A stretch of DNA of 35,529 nt from a virus. Lineage: Duplodnaviria > Caudoviricetes. The first letter of the stretch is position 1, and the number at the start of each line of letters is the position of its first letter. The stretch lies in IMG/VR virus record IMGVR_UViG_3300011435_000032, positions 1 through 35,529 of that record; one strand, given 5' to 3'. Both the position numbers and the translations under genes were made by a program. The notes below the pieces were generated by a model. That model was not told the DNA's origin. It ran no database searches and was given only the letters and a program-made list of their open reading frames with translations. Of the stretch, positions 1 to 9,400 are shown piece after piece.

Positions 1-1169
1 GACTCGACGTCGGCGATATTTGCAAACGACGGATTCGTCCCCGAAATCGCGCCCGCCGTCGTCAGGTCGTTGTTATAGAGGCCAATCGCTATCAGGTGCG
101 CGATGGCACCCGGTGTGTAGGTGGCATACGTGACGGTATCTGACGATGCGTTCGCACTGTGCGACGCGGCCGCTGCGATGGGTGAGATGTCTGTTCGGCA
201 TCCCCGCAAAACAAAGATCAGCCCGAAGATCAGGAGATTGTTATCAGCACTCTTCGTAAAGGTAAACGACTGACCAGCCCCATCAGCCGTCGCGCGTTTC
301 CAAAAGATGCTGCATCGCTGATTGGCCGTATTGTTGACTTCTTTGATCGCGGTCCAGGTGCCATCCGGCGGACTAAGGACAAGATTGTCGTTTTGGTGAA
401 AGACCGCGACGAGAATGTCATTGGTCAGATAATCCGGCGCGGTCGGGCTTGCCGTTTGATTCTGCGCCGTCGCGGTGGTCGCGCCCACGCCCACCAGCAC
501 CACCTTTGGGCCGATCGCATTGGCGTCGTCTGCTACGCTCGCGCCACCGCTGTTTGTGGCATTGCGGTTGTTACTCGAATAGTCGGCGGTATCGGCGGTC
601 GGGTTGGCCCACATCCGCCAGTAGCCGTAGAGGTTCGAGGATTCTGAGAGCGCGCCTCCCTCGTAAACCTCTTGAATTTGCGCTTCAGTGAGAATGCGCG
701 ACCACACGGCCGCACCGTGCATCCGACCATTGAGGGACGAGTCGACGTTGGCGTTGTTGCCAAGATGAAGAGTTTGCGTGTCCGGTGTCACCGCGCCGGA
801 ACCACTGATTACATCATCGTAGACTTTTACGCCGTTGAGATAGAGTTGGCACGTGAACGTCGCGTAGTTGTGCGTCACCGCGACGTGATACCACGTGCCG
901 GCGTCCAACGTGACGGTGACCGACGCGTCGCCTTGCGTGGTCAGCCGTCCCGTTGTCCAGTAGAGGTTACTGTTCGCGCCGTCTCGCCAAATCAGGAGAC
1001 CGCCACGGCGGTTGCGGCTCGCCCCCGTGGCGATCTGACCGCCGTGCATGAAGATTGGATGGAACGTGTTGAACGAAGTGATCTTGATCCATGCGGCGAA
1101 CGTAACTTCGTCGCCGAGCGTAACCGATGCTCGGGTTGCAACGTCCGTCCCGAGAAACTCAAACGCCAT
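1..1169 (-). CDS. LamG/concanavalin-like domain tail protein (3' end outside the window)
   Basis: Not in the ORF track because there is no stop in the window. Translated by hand from ATG 1169 (GGGAGA SD upstream): MAFEFLGTDV...TFAAWIK...GTWYHVAVTHN...QLYLNGV...LHLGN...LNGRMHGAAVWSRILTEAQI, a LamG_3-type pattern, then a beta-rich domain. The frame stays open to position 1. Confidence 0.8.
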   Translation of the reverse strand, partial: MAFEFLGTDVATRASVTLGDEVTFAAWIKITSFNTFHPIFMHGGQIATGASRNRRGGLLIWRDGANSNLYWTTGRLTTQGDASVTVTLDAGTWYHVAVTHNYATFTCQLYLNGVKVYDDVISGSGAVTPDTQTLHLGNNANVDSSLNGRMHGAAVWSRILTEAQIQEVYEGGALSESSNLYGYWRMWANPTADTADYSSNNRNATNSGGASVADDANAIGPKVVLVGVGATTATAQNQTASPTAPDYLTNDILVAVFHQNDNLVLSPPDGTWTAIKEVNNTANQRCSIFWKRATADGAGQSFTFTKSADNNLLIFGLIFVLRGCRTDISPIAAAASHSANASSDTVTYATYTPGAIAHLIAIGLYNNDLTTAGAISGTNPSFANIADVE

Positions 1170-1198
1170 GTGGCGTTGTCTCCCTCACTGGCGTGTGG

Positions 1199-1606
1199 TT
1201 ATCCGTTGCCGTCCGTCAGGGTGAACGCCGTGATCGTGATCGTCCGACCCAAAATGATCGAGATGGTATCGAGTTGGAGATCGCCACCACCAGCCGTCAC
1301 GCTCACCGAGCCCTGCATGTGGCACGTAACGCCATCTGTCGCGTAGAGACGGAAATGCGCGGCCGTGCCTGTCGCGTCTGCCGATGCGTCCTGCCAGGTG
1401 CCGGCCTTCGCCTTCGCGCCCGTCGCCGCTGCCGCCATCCAGTCGGACGGCAACGACAACGACGCGAGTACGGTGCCCGTATCCGCCGCCGCGCAGTTCG
1501 CGGGCTGCGCGCCCGTCTTGATCTTCAGAACTGCACTGACTCCGATGGCCGTCTCGATCGCGTCGAGTCGCGCATTCCGAACCGCCTCCGATAGTTGAAT
1601 CGCCAT
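1199..1606 (-). CDS. Virion structural protein, tail tip/fibre region
   Basis: 135 aa, Ala/Thr/Gly-rich beta-type sequence (RNARLDAI...GTAAHFRL...), GGAGGGG SD, located among the distal tail genes. Confidence 0.65.
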   Translation of the reverse strand: MAIQLSEAVRNARLDAIETAIGVSAVLKIKTGAQPANCAAADTGTVLASLSLPSDWMAAAATGAKAKAGTWQDASADATGTAAHFRLYATDGVTCHMQGSVSVTAGGGDLQLDTISIILGRTITITAFTLTDGNG

Positions 1607-1630
1607 GATTCTGTCCCCTCCTGTTTTCGG

Positions 1631-2476
1631 TCAGACTTCTAGTGCGCCCTCGAAATCGCGATCGGCCACATACAGGTCATCGCCGATCTTGAACAGCCAC
1701 ACTTTGTTGAACTGCGGTTGGTGCGCCATCGCGTTGACCGTCAACGGTGCCGCCATTGACGGCACCATGACTCTCGGCTCAACAAGATTTGCCGCACGCG
1801 GCGCTGCGGTCGCGGTTGCCGGATGGTCATTGCCCGAACCGTCGAGCGCGACCGTATCGCTTTCAGCACTCCCGTCATCGGCGTTGGAGAAGGGGTAGTA
1901 CATTTCGAGGCCCGCTGTTGGCACCGCGTACACGCCTTCCGCATGCACGATGGCCCACTCAGCCGCACTCAACACGCGTCGCCAAATTGCGAGACCTTGG
2001 ATATAGCCATTCGCGGTGCCGTCGTTGAGTTCGTTCCCGCCGATGTACAACGGCTGTGGGTCCGGGGCCAAGGCTCCAACCGGATTCGCGTCCACGATGA
2101 ACGCGCCGCCGGCCGCAACACCATCGATGTAGAAGATCGGATCGTTCGAGGCCACCGTGCCGTCGTAGGAAAATCCGACATGGTGCGTCTCATTGAGCGG
2201 CAACGTGATTGCCTTGGCCCAATCTCCCGCCGTCGTCAAGGCCCCAACGCTCAGGTAGAGCAGCCGCTCGCCTGCCATACGAATCCAAAAACCCCAGCGT
2301 CGATTGCGACTCGCGCCCGTGAGGATTTGCCCGCCCTGAATCGCGACGTTCCAAAAGTCCCCACCCTCGCCCTCACCCAACATATGCACGCGTGCACTGA
2401 CCGAAATTTTCGAGCCCAACGTGACGAGCTTGTCGACGGTGACCCGAGACGTGGTGCCGTTGAACACGCGACTCAT
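1631..2476 (-). CDS. LamG/concanavalin-like domain tail protein
   Basis: Start MSRVFNG at 2476 (ATGA overlap with the upstream gene). HHVGFSYDG...FYIDGV...LYIGG...GYIQGLAIWRRVLSAAE is a LamG pattern. Paralogous to 1..1169. Confidence 0.8.
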   Translation of the reverse strand: MSRVFNGTTSRVTVDKLVTLGSKISVSARVHMLGEGEGGDFWNVAIQGGQILTGASRNRRWGFWIRMAGERLLYLSVGALTTAGDWAKAITLPLNETHHVGFSYDGTVASNDPIFYIDGVAAGGAFIVDANPVGALAPDPQPLYIGGNELNDGTANGYIQGLAIWRRVLSAAEWAIVHAEGVYAVPTAGLEMYYPFSNADDGSAESDTVALDGSGNDHPATATAAPRAANLVEPRVMVPSMAAPLTVNAMAHQPQFNKVWLFKIGDDLYVADRDFEGALEV

Positions 2477-2676
2477 ACGATGGTGTTGTTCCTCGGCACC
2501 GCGAGGATCGGGGGCGTCACGTCCGCCGAGACGACACCCAACACGTTCTCGCAATCCGGGCACAGGACGGTATCGGAGATGCGTTCTGGCGTGTCGTGCG
2601 TCACGATCACGCCCTCCTTTGTCGCTTCACACGTCGGACACCACCACTCGCGTCCGGCCGGGCGTGTCGTCGTCAT
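2473..2676 (-). CDS. Small Zn-ribbon protein
   Basis: CPTC...CPDC pair, GGAGG SD, ATGA overlaps at both ends. Confidence 0.65.
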   Translation of the reverse strand: MTTTRPAGREWWCPTCEATKEGVIVTHDTPERISDTVLCPDCENVLGVVSADVTPPILAVPRNNTIV

Positions 2677-3491
2677 AGTGCCTCCGTCCATCGCAGCGGA
2701 ATAGTCGCCACGGGGTAGTCGATCTCGGCCGGGTCGGATTCATCCTCCGCAATGAGGCCGTAGAGACCACCGAGGTATTCACAAACGGCGAGGAACGGGC
2801 CACGATCGTTCATACGGCGCTGAAGATCTTGCCAGAGGGCCAGGTCATCCCCGATGCCCGGCGCATCGAAGTTGACGAACAACTCCAGTGAGCCTTGAAG
2901 GCCCGTGTAGGGCGCACCGAGTCGCACCGTCCGAGTCCAATGTCCCGGCCCAACTTTCTTCTTTGGGAATTGCGTCCCCCACGTGTAGGACCATCGCCAC
3001 GCGCGCGGCAACTTCTCGACGGCTCCAGCCCACAAGCCCCCCAACGCGAAGAAACTCGATGCGTCCACACCGTCACGCTCGACCAACGTGGCTTGCGCCG
3101 GAATGAGAATGCGCGCATAGCGATAGAAGAATGCCGAGGACAGATGGGGCGTAGAGGATCGCGTGGTGAACGGGTGCCGCGTGAGCGACACCGCGCGATC
3201 GTAGGCCGGAGCAGAATCCCACAAGGCATCCGCCCCGCCCGTCGACGATGCGCGACCTTGCACGTGCACACTCGCGAAATTGGCATTGTTGAAGTCGAAC
3301 ACATGGACAGTCTTCGGCTCGCCAAAGTCGATATGAATCCACGACTGCGATGTACCAGACGAGTGCCACCGTTTCGCCGGCCGCTCTGACGACTTGATAC
3401 GGTCGGACCCGAACAATCCTGATCCGCTGTTCGACGAGGCTGTAACCGTCGCGGTGCGCAACAAGTTGACGAGCGACAAGTGAACGTTCAT
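2673..3491 (-). CDS. Distal tail/baseplate protein with discoidin-like N-terminal domain
   Basis: 272 aa immediately after the tape measure. WHSSG...WIHIDFG...YRYARI resembles an F5/8-type beta-sandwich. Function assigned by position. Confidence 0.6.
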   Translation of the reverse strand: MNVHLSLVNLLRTATVTASSNSGSGLFGSDRIKSSERPAKRWHSSGTSQSWIHIDFGEPKTVHVFDFNNANFASVHVQGRASSTGGADALWDSAPAYDRAVSLTRHPFTTRSSTPHLSSAFFYRYARILIPAQATLVERDGVDASSFFALGGLWAGAVEKLPRAWRWSYTWGTQFPKKKVGPGHWTRTVRLGAPYTGLQGSLELFVNFDAPGIGDDLALWQDLQRRMNDRGPFLAVCEYLGGLYGLIAEDESDPAEIDYPVATIPLRWTEAL

Positions 3492-6400
3492 CTATCGCCC
3501 CTGTGTGATGCGCGAGCCGCGACGGCCAGGTCGGAGGTATTCGTCCAGGCGCGGTCGCAGCACTTCCCACGCGCGATCAGGATCGTTACTGACGACGGTG
3601 ATGTTGAACGTGTTCCCGCCCCCACCAGAGACCGTTTCCGTTTGGACGCGTCCCGCCGTGCGCAACGCGAGATCACCAGCCGCACCTTCGCCGTTCGGCC
3701 CGATCATGTAGCCAGGCACGTTGTCTTCGGCGGGCACGATGCGCTCGCCTTCGTGCACGAGTGCCCACGTGGTACGCGGCATCGAGGCGATCCCCGCCGC
3801 GTAGCCTGCGCCCATCGATCGACGGATCGCATTGATGTCAGTTGCAATATTCTTCGTGTTGACCGACACACTCTTCAGGTCGATCGCTTGCACCGCTGCC
3901 GTGTTGCCAGCCGTTGTCATCGCCTCGACGATCCGTGCGAGGTCCGGTGCGACGAAATCGACGATCGCCTGACGCGCTGCCGCTTCGTTCATGTCGAGTT
4001 GCAGCACGGCAATGCGTGTCGCGTCGTTGATTTCCTGACTGCGCGTTTCGAGCGCCGCGATCTGCGCGAGCAGGTCTTCTTGACTCGCCCCCCGCGCCGT
4101 CGCCGTCATCTGGACGGATTCGAGCGCGCGGATCGTTTCGTCGAACAAGAGTTGATAGGCCGGGTCAGGTTTCGTATAGACCTTGGTGGCCGCGTCGAGC
4201 ATCGCCCGCGCCAACTCCTGCACGCGGCCTGCGCCCTCGGTGGTCGGCCCCGACCGGAAGGATGCGAGCGCCGACACGAATTCACTTTGCGCGAATGCGA
4301 ACTGGCCGTAAGGATCGGGCGGGGCCAGGTCGGACGTGAGCAGATCGAAAATCTGATCGCGCAGACTGTCCGCAACGCGCTCCCAATCCTCAGTCATGCG
4401 CACGATTTCTCGGAGCGTTTCGAGTTGATCTGTCAGGGCGTCTTGCTGCGACCGTGCATTCGATTCGGCTTGCGCTCGCTGGCGATCGTAGGCGGCACTC
4501 ACCGAGTTCTGCGCCGATGTCGCGGCCCCGGCGATGGCATCGAAGGCCGTAGTAAGTTGTGTCAGATCTTTGCTCTTGATCGCCAGATCCGCCAGACTCT
4601 TGATCGCAACTCCAGCACTTGGAGCCACGCTCGCGAGCGTGCCCATCACATCGGTGGTCTGTCGCAACTCGACGTCGAGGATATTCATCGCCGCGCCGAG
4701 CAGCCGAGACTTGGCGTCGACCGTTCCAATCAGTTCCGATGTCCGGAACAAACGCGCCGACACGCCCGAGAGATTGACATTGGCGTCTGCGAGCAGATCG
4801 GAATAGCGCGCGATCACCGACGACGCGTTGACGAGCGTATCCACAAGCGCCTTGAACTTCTCGTCAATCGCCGCGATTTCTTCTTCGGTCATCGGTCGCG
4901 TGGTAGTCCCACCGCCCGTGCGACCGGGATTCTGGGAGTTCATGGCGGCCCAGAAACTTGTTGCGCCGTAGATGTCAGCAAAGGAGCGGTTGTCAGAGAA
5001 GTATGATGGGGACGAGATCGATTCACGCTCCAGACGCGGCACCTCTCGACCGACGCCGGCGTCGGGCCGAGAAGTCCCGTCCGCCTCACGACCGATGCCA
5101 GAACCAAGAGTGTCAGTAGTGCCAGGCCGAGGCACTTGCACTGAATCACGGCCAGGACCAGGGTAAACATCAGGAATGGTGTCCATCCCCGTTGCTGCCT
5201 GTGGCATCCGGTTGAGGGCACGATTGGTGATCCCGAGACGATCAAGGATACGTGTGTTCCGCGCGCTGAAGATTCGCTCTCCAGGGTGCGCGAGGATTGG
5301 AATGCCAGCGGACGATCCGTCGAGGCGGTCGATACCAGTCGCCGCTGGTGCGAACACAGCAGTCACCGTGATATTAGCCAGACCGATGATGTGAGCATCT
5401 AGCGCGGCCTTCACACCACCGAGTGCGGTCGCAAGGCTAGCGATTGACGACGCGACAAAGTTTTCAGCTTCGGCAACCTTGCCGAGAACCGATTCCAGTT
5501 GTGTACCCGCCGTGGCGATTGACCCGCCGATGTCCTTGCCCGCAAAAATCATCGCGTCAGCGACGCTCTTTATGAGCGGGCCGGCTCCGTTGATGATGGC
5601 ATTGAGTGCCGCCGTCTGTGCCGCTTCATTGGCGAGCAGGAAATTCTCGGCCGTGAGCGCGCTATCGCCGATGATGCCCTTGAGTTCCGTCTGCGCATCG
5701 GCGACCGCTTTTGCTGCCGACCCCCCACTCTCTTTGAGTGCCACTGCCAACTCCTGCCCGAGCGGACCAAGGGATTTCAGAAACGCATCGATCGCCGCAT
5801 CCTGTTGCGCGACGAGGACAGCAATCTGATCGGCGTTCTTCTCAGGGTCGAGCTTATCGATCGCATCCTGAAAGGGCTTGCCGATCGTTTGCTCGATCTG
5901 CGCAATGGCTTTCCCAAATTCTTGCGTGAGCGATCCGACCATTTCAAGTCGTTGGGTCGGATCGGAGAGACTATTGGCGTAATCCAACGTGGTCTTGATC
6001 GTGGCAAACAACTCGCGAGTGGCTTCATTCATCCCGGCCTGCTCGCCCCTGTCTTGGCTCGCCACACCAAGACCAGCCGCGAACAGGTCGCTCGCCCCTG
6101 CGAGGGCCTTCATCTTGGATGCCGCCGTGGGCATCTGATCGACAAGCGCGATGGCCCCGCGAACAAGCTCGGACGTGTTGACGCCCACCTTGTTGAGCCC
6201 GTCAAGAACGCTAGCGGTGTTCTGCGCCGCCGAACCAATCGCGCCACCGATGCTATCGGCGATTGCCAAGAACTTCTGCGCCGCGTCGGCTAAGGCTCCG
6301 TAATACGCATTGGTCGCGGCAATCGCGGCTTCGGTGGCCCCGGTCAAGCCGTCGAAAATCTGGCTGAGCGCGGCGAGCCGCTGCGTCGGATCGTCGATCT

Positions 6401-9400
6401 GCATGGCATCGTTGAAGGCCGCTTGGTATCCACCCAGCAATTCCACACTGCTCGTGATCGCAGCGTCCATGTCACCAGTGCGAAGAGACTCCTGAATGCT
6501 CGCCTGCCAGAGTCTTGTTGCCGTCGACAATGCCGTCAGTCGCGCCTCGACGGTAGGCAGACTGTCCGCAAATTCGAGCATCGTCGTCGTCATGCCCGAG
6601 AGGCTCACGCCAGACGCCGCCGCCACAGCGGCGTGCGCGGCGAAGACGTTGCCCGCGTTCGCAATGGATTCGGTGCCGGCCTGAATCTGTGCGACCAAAG
6701 CCTGGAATGTCGCCAGTTCCATCTCGTAGCGTTGCTTGATGAGCGCCTCTTGCTGCGCGAAGTTCTCGGCGATGACCGTTGGGTCCCACGCCGATTCGGT
6801 GAGATCCGAAGCGAGGACCGCGAGTTGTCGGTCGATATCGGCCTGCGCTTCCCGCATGGCCGGAACCGGGTCGACCTTGGTCATGGCGTTTAGCTCAGCT
6901 TCGAGGCTCCGCGACTGTTGCCCAAGACGCAAGAGCGCAGCGCCGACCCGCTCGGTGGTCTCGCTAATCTCCTCACCGGCTTGCTGGAACGGCGTGACAT
7001 CCATGATGTTGATGAGTGCTTCGGGGCTTTTGATAAACGCTTTCGTCGCGGCGGCGGCAATCGCGTCAATGCCGCCCTCGACCCCAGAGGCGATGGCATC
7101 CAGTTGCGCCCGAATGGCGTCACCAGCTTTGAATTCGTCATGCTTCAACTGCTCGGCGACGTTGAATGTGGCGACAAAATCCATCGCCTCGCGATCGCCC
7201 AACATGGCCCCAGGCACGGCCGTTGCCTGTTTCTGAGTGATCCGGTCAATGGCCTTTTCCGACCCTTCCAGAACGCGAATGAGCGCGTCAAGGCCGAGCA
7301 TGAGATCCTGCCAAGCCTCAATCCCGCCCTCGATATCGCCCGGAGGTCCGGTCGCCGCGATCATCTCGGTCACCGATCCGACCCGACCACTGGAGAAGTC
7401 TTGCGCCGTAAACCCTTGCCCTGCGAGCCACGTCGTGATGTTCTTCGCCACGTCGGGAGGCAAGGTGAATGTCAGATCTCCGTCGAACTTGATATTTCCA
7501 CTCTGCGACTCTTCGGCGAGTCGCATGAGGATGCCCGCCGTCGACGATCCTGTACCGATAATCGGCTGACCGAACGAGCTTGAGAGATCAGCGAGGTTGG
7601 GCGCATTGAGGATTCGCCCCGACGTCTCGCTCATTGCCGTAAGGGCGGTATTGGTTCGCTGTTGCTGCCGAAGTTTATGAATGTAGTCCCAATCTTCGTC
7701 GAAGAGGCCACCCAGCAAACCACCGAGCCCGCCGCCGATGCCGGCACCCACGAGGGCACCGAAGGGGCCGCCGCCGAGCAGGAATCCTGCGCCAGCGCCG
7801 ATCGCCATGCCGCCCAACGTCCCGATACCGGCGTTCGTGCGCCCTTCTGTGAACGCCATAATGCCCGAGTAGAGACTGTACATGGCACCCAGCGCCGCCA
7901 CCGTCGTTCCAAGGACGCCGACCCCAGCGCCGAGATTATCAACAAACGTACTGACGCCCGCACTGAGGGAATCCCACGTACTGGCCCCTACATTCAGGCT
8001 GATATTGAACGCTTCCCATGCAGACGTTGCGGCGCTGATTGTTGACGGAAGATTGCCGATGCCCTGCCCAATCGACATCGCCCAATCGATAATGCTCCCG
8101 CCGAGCAGGCCACCACCGCCGACGCCTCCAACACCGCCGCCGAGACCGCCGAGAACGGAATTGGCAAACTGGCTGGCACCCTGTTTGAAAAACGCATCGC
8201 CCGCGCTCGACACGCCGCTCATGAGAATTTTGAAGAACCCTGTTGCGAAGGAGGCGGCAGCTTGCAGGAGCGGGTCGAACACTTGGTGCAAAACCAATTG
8301 CACGAAGTTCGTGAGTAGACTGCGCCCCAAATTGGCGAACGCATCGGCAATGTCCAATGTGCCTTGGATCATGCCGTCTGCCATTTTGGTGAACGTGTCC
8401 GTGATCGAGAGAAACGCGCTTTCGATATTCTTGTAGAGTGTCTGATCGGCGATCGCGGCGTTCCACGCGTTGGCAGCGGCCGTAACGTCTTCGAACGACG
8501 CGGTGCCGCGCTTCATGGCATCCCACGTCGCCTCGAAATTCTTCTGCGCCGCACTCACCTGCGCGCCCATCGCATCGAAGTTGTCACCGAGCAGCGACGC
8601 CTTCGTCGCAATGTCGTCCAGATTACTTTGGAAATTGGCCGGGATCATCCGATCGAGAGCGCGCTGCAACTCCATCGCGCGGTTGACCGCGTTCACCATC
8701 GCCGGGTCGAGCGGATCGAACGCGTCGCCAAACAACTTCACTTGCAGGGACGCGCGCAGGAATGCCTCGCCCGTCAACGTCGACGCGAGTTCCGCCGCCT
8801 CAAATTGCTCCTGCAACCCTCGCATCGCCGTGCCGGCTTGTTTCCACGCGGCATCGATCGTCGCCACCTTTGCGGCTTCGGCGACAAACTTTGCAGCCGA
8901 TTTCGACGCCTCGTCAGTCTTCGCCGAGAGTTGTTCCCACGTCTGGCCCGTCTCTCGGATCGCGATCTCTTGTCGCTTGACTGCTTCCGTCGTGCCGCCA
9001 AACGTCGCTTGCAGACTCGCAATGCTGCGCTCCATCACCGGAATGCCCAGCGATGCGCGAATGAACGCGTTGACTGACTCGGTGGATGCTTGAATCACGT
9101 CGGGCAGCAATCGGATCTTGCGTGCGAGTTGGTCAACCATCGGGTCGAAGGCAGACGTGAAGCCTTTGAACGACTCGGCGAGGTCGGCCGACGCCTTGAT
9201 GCCGTAGTTCTTCCAGAGCAGTTCAAGCGACGTGAGTTTGTTCTTCGTCGCCTGCTCGATCGCGGCAAGTTGCAATTCCGTCGGCTGTGAGAGTTCACCC
9301 ATCCCGGCGCTGATCTTTGCCATCGTCGCCTGGAAGTCGCGCTCGATCTTCGTCAACGCGGCGTCGAGTTCTCCGGTGCTGAACAAATCCTGCGTGAGCA

